A stretch of DNA of 64,000 nucleotides from positions 5,252-69,251 of the forward strand of contig CAISOH010000208.1 in assembly GCA_903887005.1 (NCBI GenBank), in the 5' to 3' direction. Made by a program: the position numbers and the translations under genes. Below are positions 1-11,200 of this stretch, in pieces (position 1 is the first letter of the stretch; each line of letters starts with the position of its first letter). The notes beneath the pieces are model-generated. The model had not been told where the DNA came from, did not search any database, and saw only the letters and a program-made list of their open reading frames with translations. Origin of the DNA: an uncultured Bacteroidota bacterium. GTDB taxonomy: Bacteria; Bacteroidota; Bacteroidia; Chitinophagales; Chitinophagaceae.

Positions 1-61
1 TCTTTGCATTGCTTATAGGTTAATTAAAACGCAACAATACAATTTTAATTTCCGCATATAA

Positions 62-1222
62 ATGAATAAAAAGAAGATTTTATTATTAACCTTAGTTCAC
101 CCCGATTTCCTTCCCCCGGTATATGCAATAGCGCAGGTATTGAGAGATGAAAATTACAATATTCACATACTAACGTTTGATTCACTTGTTCCTGCCCAAA
201 TTGATTTAGGTGCTAACATAGAATTAGAGACTCTTGGAAAGCATTATAATTCTAATACTCTGGATAGATTAAGATTAAGGAATAAATTCAGGAAAAGAGC
301 AAAGCAACTTGCAAAAGAAAACCCTTTCGCAATTATAGCCTTCTGTCCATTTTCATTTAATTGCGGATTAAAAATTAAAAACAATAATCCGCTAATTTAT
401 TTTGCATTGGAAATAGCTGATTTTATTTTACCGGTATTTTTCCATTCGCCATTATCCAACTATAGAAATCTAAAGGCTTTACAAAATATAAAAAAAGCCG
501 ACATAGTAGTTACGCCATCTATTCGACGTTCGGCATGGATGGCGGGACGGTGTCATCTGAATACCATGCCATATACAGTACTTAATACCGCCTACATGAC
601 GGGTAATGATGATGGTAATAAATTGGATATATTTAATGAAATTGTACCTTCTGAATTCCTTAATAAAAAAATAATCCTATATACAGGCGCTGTAAATACC
701 GAGCATTGCATCCTGGAACTGGCTGAAGCTTTTGACATTGTAAATAATGAACAAAGCGCATTAATAATTACAGGGATTAAAGACAATGAATATTGTGATC
801 TGGTAAAAGCGTTTGTTGAGAAATGTAATTCCAGGAAAAGAATCTTACTCTTCCCATACCTGACAAGAGTTCAAATGTTATCTCTTCAATCAAACGCTCA
901 TATTGGTGTTTGCTTTGAAAAAGAGTACCAAAATAACGTAAGATCAAAAATGGCAGCGCCAAATAAAGTTGGCGAATATATTTCAAAAAATTTATACATT
1001 ATTGGCTTGCAGAATGAATACCTGAGAGTATTTGAAATGATTGGAATTGCATCATTAGCAAAAGCCACTGACCCAAAAGCAATTAGTAATGCAATAATTG
1101 ATGCATTAATAGCTGTAAATGAATCGGATTATAAAATCAGGGTGCAAAATTTTTTCAAAAATTATTATTGTATGCAGCAACAGCTAACTCCAATAATAAA
1201 ATATTTAAATGAGAACAATTGA
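62..1222 (+). CDS. putative glycosyltransferase-like protein (polysaccharide-biosynthesis context)
   Basis: 386-aa ORF in an AT-rich segment next to asnB-type amidotransferase, an arrangement typical of O-antigen/EPS loci. No signal peptide. Size is consistent with a GT-B fold, but no catalytic motif was recognised by eye. Confidence 0.3.
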   Translation: MNKKKILLLTLVHPDFLPPVYAIAQVLRDENYNIHILTFDSLVPAQIDLGANIELETLGKHYNSNTLDRLRLRNKFRKRAKQLAKENPFAIIAFCPFSFNCGLKIKNNNPLIYFALEIADFILPVFFHSPLSNYRNLKALQNIKKADIVVTPSIRRSAWMAGRCHLNTMPYTVLNTAYMTGNDDGNKLDIFNEIVPSEFLNKKIILYTGAVNTEHCILELAEAFDIVNNEQSALIITGIKDNEYCDLVKAFVEKCNSRKRILLFPYLTRVQMLSLQSNAHIGVCFEKEYQNNVRSKMAAPNKVGEYISKNLYIIGLQNEYLRVFEMIGIASLAKATDPKAISNAIIDALIAVNESDYKIRVQNFFKNYYCMQQQLTPIIKYLNENN

Positions 1223-1349
1223 ACATACCTATCTTAACTAAAGTAAACATTATTAACTTTAAATTAAAGGAATTATGTTTGCCTGAAAAAAATAAAATAT
1301 AATACTATTGATGGGTTCTCAAAAACATATTCAATTTTTATAAAAACTT

Positions 1350-3191
1350 ATGTGTGGTATAGCGTGCTACTTGGGCAATAACAAAGATGATGGTTTAAAA
1401 TTTGGCACTAAATCATGGGCCCAACTTTGGCATAGAGGCCCGGATGATAAAGGCATTTATAATGAGGATAATATAACACTTGCACACACACGCTTATCTA
1501 TATTGGAATTGTCTGAACTTGGACATCAGCCAATGAATTCCTCCTGCGGGAGATATGTCATTATTTATAATGGAGAAATATATAATCACCTTGAATTAAG
1601 AAAAAAATATTTAGGCAACCATTGTTTCAAAGGGCATTCTGATACAGAAACATTAATAGAGCTTTTCTGCATTCAAAAAGAGAAAATGCTTTCGGACATG
1701 GTTGGCATGTGGGCAATAATTATATGGGATAAGGAATCAAAAAAGATATTTATTAGCAGAGATCGCTTTGGTCAGAAGCCTTTGTATATACGACAGATGA
1801 ATAAATCATGGCTTTTTTCAAGTGAAATAAAACCATTGTTAAATGAAAATGAACATAATACTTACGACCCAACTGCTTTGGTAGAATACCTTGCATTAGG
1901 GAATTATGGTCATTTGGGAGTACATACATTTTTTAATAATATAAATCAATTTCCTGAAGGTTGTTATGCCTGGCTAAGCTCGGATCAAAAAAATATAGAC
2001 AGTAAAAAATATTGGGTTCTGCCCAATATTGATGAAAAAGATAAAATTCCATTTAATAAAACTGTTCAAAAAGCATTGCATGATTGCATTGTAGAAGCTG
2101 TTTTATCTCAAACATTATCAGATGTACCAATTGGAATTACCTTATCGGGAGGTATAGACTCATCTATTATTGCCGGGATATTAGCAACTTATTACGATAA
2201 AGGAATAAATATTTTTACAGCCCAATCTCTTGAAAGCAAGTATGACGAAACTAAATATGCAAACGATGTAATTAAAATGAATAATAACAACAATTTCATC
2301 GTTCATAGAAATAATTTAAATGAGCTTTCCATAAAAGATAATCTTGAAAAATATATTAAAATCCAGGAAGAACCATTTGGCGATCCGTCTATTATTGCAC
2401 ATGGTTTTTTAATGAATATGGCTGCCAGTGCCGGCGTTAAAGTTATTCTGAATGGACAGGGCGCCGATGAATTATTCTTCGGATATAACAATATGGCACA
2501 GGCCATCTTATCAAAGCAACTTAAATCATTGCAATTAAATAAATTCTATCAGAACTTAAGTATAATGAAATTAGGAAACAGGTACCTGTTTCGTTCAATA
2601 CTTGAATCTTTTTTGCCTGGCCTTGAATATAACTTAAGAACAAAATCACGCATAAGCAGAAGAAACATAATAAACAATAGCATTATAAATCAAGTTGATG
2701 ATAGCATTATTTCATTACATAATTATAACAACATATATAATGTGTGGATGGAATCTATTTATGGTGTTCACATTCCTCATTTAGTACATTACGATGATAG
2801 AAACGGAATGTCATGCAGTATAGAAGGACGCATGCCATTCCTTGATCATAGGATTGCTGAATGTGTAGCTAACATTAAGACTACTGATTTTTTGAAAAAT
2901 GGATTGAGAAAATATATACTTCGTGAATCCTGCAAACAATACATACCTAAAAGTGTATATAACAGAACTGATAAGATCGGATTCTATACACCACTTGTAA
3001 ATGCCCTGAAGAAAGATAAGAATTGGGTTTTTGCCAAACTAAAAGACAATACTTTATATAAAAATGAACATACCAAAGAGTTATTGGATAAAATGAACAT
3101 GGATAAACTTAACGTAAATGAAGCTTTGCATATCTGGAGATGCCTTTCAGTAATAATATGGATGAATGAATATAAAATAAAACTGAACTGA
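1350..3191 (+). CDS. asnB: asparagine synthase (glutamine-hydrolysing), class II amidotransferase
   Basis: N-terminal MCGI with catalytic Cys2 (Ntn amidotransferase). PP-loop SGGIDSS in the synthetase domain. 613 aa, typical AsnB length. Confidence 0.9.
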   Translation: MCGIACYLGNNKDDGLKFGTKSWAQLWHRGPDDKGIYNEDNITLAHTRLSILELSELGHQPMNSSCGRYVIIYNGEIYNHLELRKKYLGNHCFKGHSDTETLIELFCIQKEKMLSDMVGMWAIIIWDKESKKIFISRDRFGQKPLYIRQMNKSWLFSSEIKPLLNENEHNTYDPTALVEYLALGNYGHLGVHTFFNNINQFPEGCYAWLSSDQKNIDSKKYWVLPNIDEKDKIPFNKTVQKALHDCIVEAVLSQTLSDVPIGITLSGGIDSSIIAGILATYYDKGINIFTAQSLESKYDETKYANDVIKMNNNNNFIVHRNNLNELSIKDNLEKYIKIQEEPFGDPSIIAHGFLMNMAASAGVKVILNGQGADELFFGYNNMAQAILSKQLKSLQLNKFYQNLSIMKLGNRYLFRSILESFLPGLEYNLRTKSRISRRNIINNSIINQVDDSIISLHNYNNIYNVWMESIYGVHIPHLVHYDDRNGMSCSIEGRMPFLDHRIAECVANIKTTDFLKNGLRKYILRESCKQYIPKSVYNRTDKIGFYTPLVNALKKDKNWVFAKLKDNTLYKNEHTKELLDKMNMDKLNVNEALHIWRCLSVIIWMNEYKIKLN

Positions 3192-3386
3192 TTTGACTGT
3201 CTCTGACTCAATTGTAACTTCCACAACAGATAGGGAAAAAACAAGATCAATTATCTTGTGAAACGGTATCCCCACTATGTTAGAAAAAAAAATTGCAAAT
3301 AATACCCACCTTTTCTACATTGTAAGCTTATTGCTCAGGTGAACAAAAAATCAATTTCACCATTCCTGTAAAAGGTATTATTAATA

Positions 3387-4289
3387 ATGAAAAACATTTT
3401 TACAATCGTATTATTTACCATCGCTACTAACCTATTTGCCCAACCTACCTTTAAAGTAGGTTGGAATACTTATAAAACCGGAATAATAACCCATCAATAT
3501 ACTTACAAATACACATACTCCGACAGCACCATACTCTCGCTGATTGATACAATGCAAATTTTAGCTACCAGCGATAGCCTGGTAACATGTTGTATCCATA
3601 CTCCAATGCATGAAAGATATGTTTATAAAACCGCAGATTTTCGAAATGTCAAAAAGCAGATTATAAAAACAGAAGAATATAAAGATGAAAACCTGGTAAC
3701 GAATAAAGAATGGAAATATGACGATAAAAACCGTAAAAATTACCATATTGAAGAGAATAAAGTAAACGGCAATAATTATAAAAAAACTTACGAATACGGC
3801 TCAGATAAAAAGACCGGAGATTTTGTTATTTCAGAGAGTTCCTATTATAATGGTAAAATAGAATTCTATACGAAAAGCTACTACGATAAAAATAGTGTGA
3901 AATACAAAGAGGTCCGGCTTAACGACAATAATAAAGACATCATACATATTGAGTCCTATAGCTATGGTGATAATGGAAAAATAAGAGAACGATCCGTATT
4001 TTTTCCTGAATTTAAAGTCACCAAGAAATTCGTAGAAAAGGAAGGTAACCTTCCTGCTAAATGCTTCAGGACATTACCAATGGGTACACTTGAAAAACCC
4101 AGCATAAATGCAAGGATATCATTCATTAAGAAAGTACTTACAAAGAACCAGGCTATCATCTATGATAAAGAGTGTGATGAATTTGAATACAAGTTCACTA
4201 ATGGAACGAATTGCGAGATTGTTGTATCAACTACAAAAACTCCAAATGTCTGGCAGGTGATATTCCGTTTCAGGGAAAGGGTACAATAG
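3387..4289 (+). CDS. hypothetical secreted protein
   Basis: 300-aa ORF with an N-terminal signal peptide (MKNIFTIVLFTIATNLFAQ). Lys/Tyr/Asn-rich. No recognised domain. Confidence 0.5.
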   Translation: MKNIFTIVLFTIATNLFAQPTFKVGWNTYKTGIITHQYTYKYTYSDSTILSLIDTMQILATSDSLVTCCIHTPMHERYVYKTADFRNVKKQIIKTEEYKDENLVTNKEWKYDDKNRKNYHIEENKVNGNNYKKTYEYGSDKKTGDFVISESSYYNGKIEFYTKSYYDKNSVKYKEVRLNDNNKDIIHIESYSYGDNGKIRERSVFFPEFKVTKKFVEKEGNLPAKCFRTLPMGTLEKPSINARISFIKKVLTKNQAIIYDKECDEFEYKFTNGTNCEIVVSTTKTPNVWQVIFRFRERVQ

Positions 4290-4370
4290 TTGTTTGCTTC
4301 AAGCCTGCCCTGTTTTTGTTTGTAGTTTGCAGTACAAAATCCATATAAGAAATCAATAGTTATTCAAATA

Positions 4371-4949
4371 TTGAATTCCATGTCTTTTAACAGTTACTTC
4401 TCCAAAATGGCATGTATAATAATCATACCTGCTACCCTGCTTTGCTGCAACTCAAAGCAGGTAGAAACCAAAGCAAAAAATGATAGTTTAACAGCAACTA
4501 CAACTGCTTCTGTTAAAGATAGTTCTGGCAGCAGCACCAGCGACATAGGTACAACCGATAATGTAACATTATACTTTACCATTGCCGATACCGGGCAGAA
4601 TTATTTTGCACTCAGAGAAAAAATGTTCGTACTTAACAAAGCTCTTAATATCCCTATTGACACTATGAACAGATATTATAACAGGGAGAAAAACGAAATA
4701 ATCCTTTCGGAAAATGATGAGGATGACATGTACCGGGGTGAATATTTTCCACGAAGGTTCCCATCTCAAAATCTCAGTCTTGAATATTATCATACTTATA
4801 TTGACAATTCCACACAAAAAAACATAGCATTAGTGACTGGTATCTATGAAACCAGGAAAAGCGCCGACTCCGCATTAACTATACTAAGGCCTTATGCTGT
4901 ACATGCTTTTGTAGTGAAAGCAATAGTATATGAAGGATGTGTGCATTAG
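4371..4949 (+). CDS. hypothetical lipoprotein
   Basis: ORF with a lipobox-like IIIPATLLCCNS followed by a Ser/Thr-rich linker. The start is uncertain: TTG at 4371, ATG at 4380 or ATG at 4407. Confidence 0.45.
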   Translation: MNSMSFNSYFSKMACIIIIPATLLCCNSKQVETKAKNDSLTATTTASVKDSSGSSTSDIGTTDNVTLYFTIADTGQNYFALREKMFVLNKALNIPIDTMNRYYNREKNEIILSENDEDDMYRGEYFPRRFPSQNLSLEYYHTYIDNSTQKNIALVTGIYETRKSADSALTILRPYAVHAFVVKAIVYEGCVH

Positions 4950-5213
4950 CGCTTTTGCATTTCCCTATTCAAAGAATTTATGTACTCTGCAGATATCTGC
5001 AAATCGGGATGGAGAAAACCTTTTTACGATCGTTTTAAAATCATTTAAATAATAATAATCAAAAACTTATGGATTATTAAATAAAAGAAGTAATTTAGTA
5101 TAAAGTTTCTCCATGAAAAGGAACCCTTAACCTGCGTTATAATCAAAACTTTGCAAATATTCCAACATTATAATTCCAGGTTGCAATAATTATATTAGCC
5201 TAAAACCAAGAGC

Positions 5214-8200
5214 ATGAAAAAATCTATCCTATTTATTCTGGTTACAATGATCCGGATCAATTCTATTGCACAAATCCCTTCCTATATTCCATTAACCGGA
5301 CTTAAATCATGGTACCCCTTTAATAATAATGCAAATGATTTAAGTGGTTTTGCAAATAATGGAGTGCAATATGGAAGCGTATCTTATGGAACAGACAGAT
5401 TTGGGGCCGCACTTAGTTGTTATACAGGAAACGGGGCATCCGGTATTGATGTCCCTGTAAATAATTTCCCTATAGGGAATGCGGCACGAAGTATTTCCGT
5501 TTTTTTTAAAAGCATTTTGCCATATCCTGGAGGTTACAGAGAATTATTCGCAAATGGAAACAATTCAGCTTTAGGACAGCGATTTGGATTTATCACATAC
5601 GATACGATGATTGGATTGGAATATATTAATGGAAATGTCGTAACCCACTTCACTCCCGACTCGTCATGGCATCTCTTGGTAGGCACCTATTCCGGCTCCG
5701 GAGGTTCTTCAAGTGTAAAAGTTTACCTGGATGGAGCAATAACATCTACAACCACTTTAGCTCCTGTCACTTTCTTCAGTACGGCAACAAGTCCCATTCA
5801 TGGTATCGGGACACTTTTTTTGTCCCCGACTTATACATATAGCTGGGTAGGCAGTTTAGATGACGTTGGTGTTTGGGATAGAGATTTAAATCCTTGTGAA
5901 GTATATCAAATATGGAAAGGGACAACGTCATTTTCCAGTACAATTACGGGCGCCCCGAATGTTTGTGTGGGATCAACCATAGCTTTATCAGCTTCCCCTT
6001 CTGGAGGGACCTGGAGTAGCAGTAATACTTCTATTGCAACAATTACATCCGGCGGAGTAGTGACAGGTATATCAACCGGTACCGGTACGATTAGCTTTTC
6101 CGTAACCAATGTTTGCGGAACTTTTACAGCAACTCATACAATAACAATAAATCCCTCACCAACCATCTCAGGAACAACGGTATTAGCCATTGGATCAACA
6201 AGTACTCTAAGTGATCTTTCAGGCGGCAGCGGTACCTGGAGCAGCAGTAATTCTCTTGTGGCAACTATCGGTGGCAGTACAGGACTTGTAACAGCAATAA
6301 CAACAGGCACAACAACTATTACCTATACCCTTGGAACAGGTTGTGCATCATCGGTTATAATAACAGTTACCGCACCATCGTCCTGCGCACAAATCATTAC
6401 CACAATAGCAGGAAACGGGACTGTAGGTTATAGCGGTGATGGAGGTCCTGCAACTGCAGCTTTATTATATTATCCATGGGGTATAGCTGTAGATGCGGCA
6501 AACAACATTTACTTTACTCAGAACGGTAACAACTGTGTCCGTAAAATAGATGCTTCCGGCATAATTACAACGTTTGCAGGTACAGGAGTATCTGGTTATG
6601 GAGGAGATGGGGGGCCTGCTACTGCTGCTCAAATGAATGGTGTCGCAGGTGTAGCAATTGATGTTGCAGGCAATATTTATATTTCAGAAAATCTTGGCAG
6701 CAGAATTCGTAAGGTTAATACAGCCGGGATCATTTCAACTGTTGCGGGAACAGGGGTAAATGGTTATAGTGGAGATGGAGGGCCTGCTACTGCCGCAAAA
6801 ATAAATAGTCCAAATGAGGTCTGTGTTGATAATGCTGGTAATATATATATTCCTGATCAGGGTAACAGGATTCGCAAAGTTGATCCATCAGGTATCATCA
6901 CTACAATCGCAGGAACCGGGACTGGTGGATATAGCGGGGATGGAGGTGCAGCAACTTTGGCTAAACTGAATTTACCAAATGATGTATATGTTGATGTATA
7001 TGGGAACGTATTTTTCTCTGAATATAATAACAGCACTATACGGAAGGTGAATACATCAGGCATTATCAGCACTATTGTTGGAAATGGAACAGGTGGATTT
7101 AGCGGGGATGGCGGGCCTGCGACTGCGGCTTTATTGCGTGGGCCTGCAGGAGTAGATATGTTTTCCGGTGAAGTAATTATCAGTGACGTTGATAATAACA
7201 GGTTACGCAAGATTAATGCGGCAGGAATAATCAGTACTATTGCAGGTACCGGAACAGCTGGTTTTAGCGGAGATGGTGGCAGCCCAACAGCGGCAAAGTT
7301 AAATCGTCCTAACAAACATGCTCATGATGCGGCAGGGAACATATATATAGCTGATATTAACAACCACCGAATTCGTAAGATCTATAGCTATAACCACCCA
7401 CCTGTATTTACAGGCGGGGCAAAACAGGCTTTAACTATTTGTGAAAATTCAACAGCTAATCCAATTAATTCATTATTGGCGGTAAATGATCTTGATATAG
7501 GACAGTCAGAAACATGGAGTGTTCTTTCCGCTCCGGCTCATGGAACATTAGTCGCCTCCTATTCTGCTACTTCTACAGGAAGTATTCTTACACCATCCGG
7601 ACTGTCATATACTCCCACTCCAGGCTATTCAGGTCCTGATACTTTTAAAGTACAAGTAAATGATTGCAGCGGCGCAGTTGACTATACACTCGTTCATGTT
7701 ACTATTAATCCTTTACCATCTATCACAGGAACAACGATTTTAGCTATTGGATCTACAAGTACCCTAAGTGATCTTTCTGGCGGCAGTGGCACCTGGAGCA
7801 GCAGTAATGTACTTGTTGCAACTATTGGCAGCAGCACAGGTATTGTAACAGGTATAACAGCCGGAACAACAACTATTACCTATACGACCGGAACTGGTTG
7901 CGCATCATCGGTTATGATTACGGTAACTACTCCATTGTCTTCATGTGCACAAATTATTACCACCATAGCCGGAAACGGAACAGCAGGTTATTCAGGAGAT
8001 GGCGGTATGGCCACAGCAGCCAGGCTAAATCAACCTTGGGGAATAAAATCAGATGGTTCAGGAAATATTCTTTTTGCGGATTATTCGAACAACCGGGTCC
8101 GGATGATTAGCAAGACAGGAATTATTACTACTATAGCGGGAAATGGAACCCCAGGGTTTAGCGGAGATGGAATACCTGCAACTTCAACTGAATTGAATAC

Positions 8201-11200
8201 ACCTGTTGGAATAGCTATTGATGCTGCGGGAAATGTATATATTGGTGATGCCAATAATAATCGCATTCGAAAAATCAATTCATCAGGAATCATCACAACA
8301 ATAGCAGGAAATGGAACTGCAGGTTTTGGTGGTGATGGCGGGTCAGCTATATTGGCAAATTTAAACCACCCGGCTGGTATAGCTTTAGACGCTACCGGAA
8401 ACCTTTATGTTGCTGATTTTAATAACGCCCGTATTCGTAAAGTTGATCTCTCCGGAGCTATTACAACAATTGCCGGGACAGGAATTGCAGGTTTGAGTGG
8501 AGATGGCGGCCCGGCAACTGTTGCCAGGATTAATAATCCATATGGTGTATATGCTGATGGTTCAGGTAATATTTATATAGCAGATGGCTCTAACAACCGT
8601 GTTCGAAAAATTACATCAGGAATAATTTCAACTATTGCAGGAGGCGGCATAAGTTTAGGAGATGGCGGTCTGGCGACTGCGGCTCAAATAAATGTTGCTA
8701 TTGACGTCACAACTGATGGTGGCGGAAATTTATATATTTCCGATGGAAATAATAGCAGGATACGCAGAGTAAATTCTTCGGGTGTAATTACGTCTTTAAC
8801 AGGGACTGGATTAGCCGGTTATACCGGAGATGGCGGCCCGGCATCGGCGGCTGAAATAAATCATCCCGGGGGAGTAGCAGTGGATGGCTCGGGAACTATT
8901 TATATTGCTGACTGGGGTAACAACCGGGTACGCAAAGTGAGTGGGAATAGTATTGCCCCTTCATTTACAGGCGGGAATAGCCAAAGCTTAACCGTTTGCG
9001 AAAATTCAACCGCTAATCCAATTAATTCATTATTGGCAATAAATGATCCTGATATCGGGCAGTCTGAAACATGGAGTGTTTTATCAGCACCTGTTCATGG
9101 CACATTAGTTGCATCCTATTCCACCACATCTACAGGTGGTATCCTTACACCTGCAGGACTTTCATACACTCCCACACCCGGTTATTATGGTTCCGATTCG
9201 TTTATAGTGCAAATAGTTGATTGCAGTGGAGCTTCTGACTATACAACAATCCATGTTACTATTACACCACTTGGCGCCGGAACTATTACCGGGCCTGCAG
9301 GTGTTTGTGTTGGTTCAACAATCGCACTATCGAATGCTGTTTCAGGTGGTGTATGGAGCAGCAGTAATGCCAATGCAACTGTTTCAGGAGGGCTGACTAC
9401 AGGCGTATCTGCAGGTTCAGCTACCATTAGCTATACAGTAACAGGTCCATGCGGCAGTGCAACAGCAACAGCCACTATTACAATCAGCCCCTCTCCAGCC
9501 GTAATTGCCGGGCCTGCGAATGTATGCTCCGGCGCAACTATAGTTTTAAGCGACCCTGCCATTGGCGGGGTATGGAATAGTAGCAATACCCTGAAAGCAA
9601 CAGTCGGAGCACTTACAGGTATTGTAACTGGTGTTGCAATGGGGACAACTACTATTACCTATTCTACCGGCATGGGTTGTACAGTTTCCAATACAATTAC
9701 CATATACACTTCACCTTCTCCAATAACAGGTAGCTCAGCAATATGTATTGGCGGAGCAACCAACCTTAGCGATGGCATAACCGGCGGTGCATGGAGCAGC
9801 AGCAATACATCCATAGCAACTATCAGTTCCGGAGGTATTGCCACAGGAATACTAACAGGTACAACAACCATAAGTTACACACTTCCGGGCGGCTGCACTG
9901 CCACTAAAATGCTCTCCGTTAATACATCTCCAACTGCAATCACCGGCATTCTGACCGTATGTGGTGGAAATACATCAACGTTATCTGATGGTATCAGTGG
10001 CGGTACATGGACCAGCAGTAATACAACCTCCGCAACCGTTACTTTAAGTAGTGGTATCGTTACCGGTATAGCGGCTGGTACATCAACTATTGTTTATTCT
10101 CTTGGTGCGGGTTGTACAGTGAGCAAAACGGTTACTGTAAATTCAGGCCCGACACCTGTCACGGGAAGCGCAGCAGTATGTATCGGTGGTACGATCAGTG
10201 TAAGCGATGGAATAAGCGGAGGGGCATGGAACAGTAGTAATACCACTATAGCAACTATCAGCTCAGGTGGCATTATCTCAGGCATTTCAACGGGTACAAC
10301 GACCATCAGTTATACACTTCCGGGCAGGTGTATGGCTGTTAAAATAATAGCAGTCAATCCTACACCAACGGCAATCACCGGTGCCTCAACTGTATGCGTC
10401 GGTAATACGACAATGCTTTCGGATGCGATAAGCGGAGGCACATGGAACAGTCCATACCTGGCGGTTGTAATTGGTTCAGCTACAGGAATAGTGACAGGAA
10501 TATCGGCAGGTACGGCCACTATTACCTATTCACTTGGACTGAGTTGCGGGGTCACAAAAACGGTAACTGTATTTCCTTTATCTCCAATAACAGGAACAAC
10601 CTCAGTTTGCCCCGGGCAAACCACCTTGTTGTCAGACATTACACCAGGCGGATCCTGGAACAGCAGTATTACTGCTACAGCTATAATATCAATTTCAGGT
10701 GTTGTTACCGGAGTATCAGCAGGTACAACCACTATTACTTATACCTTGCCTACAGGCTGCACCACCACTGCTATTATTACCGTTAATTCATTTCCTCCGG
10801 CAATAACCGGCAGCACCAATGTCTGCATCGGGGGAACTGCTGCTTTAAGCGATGCTACCGGCCTGGGAACCTGGAGCAGCAGTAATATCGCAAAAGCAAC
10901 GATTGGGGCAACAACCGGTATTATGTCGGGCATAGCTTCAGGAACCGCTACTATTACTTATTCAACCGGCACTGGCTGCAATACGACGACACCAATTACC
11001 GTCAACCCGCTTCCTGCTGCAATTACGGGCGTATCGAAAGTATGTGTTGGCGATATGATAACTTTGAGCGACGCTCCTGGCGGGTCATGGAACAGCCCTG
11101 ATTTGACGGTTTGGGTTGATGCGACAATGGGTATTGTATCAGGCGTATCGGCAGGTACGGCGACAGTAAGCTATACTGCAGCTACAGGTTGTGTGATTAC

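Noticed and set aside
6857-7315. 152-aa antisense ORF inside the giant surface-protein gene. Similar antisense ORFs lie at 11387-11800, 9659-9871, 10094-10306 and elsewhere.
   Set aside because: These are by-products of the repetitive Gly/Thr/Ser-rich coding sequence on the plus strand. They have Pro/Val-rich low-complexity translations and no independent start context. The 2730-aa plus-strand frame is uninterrupted and domain-rich.
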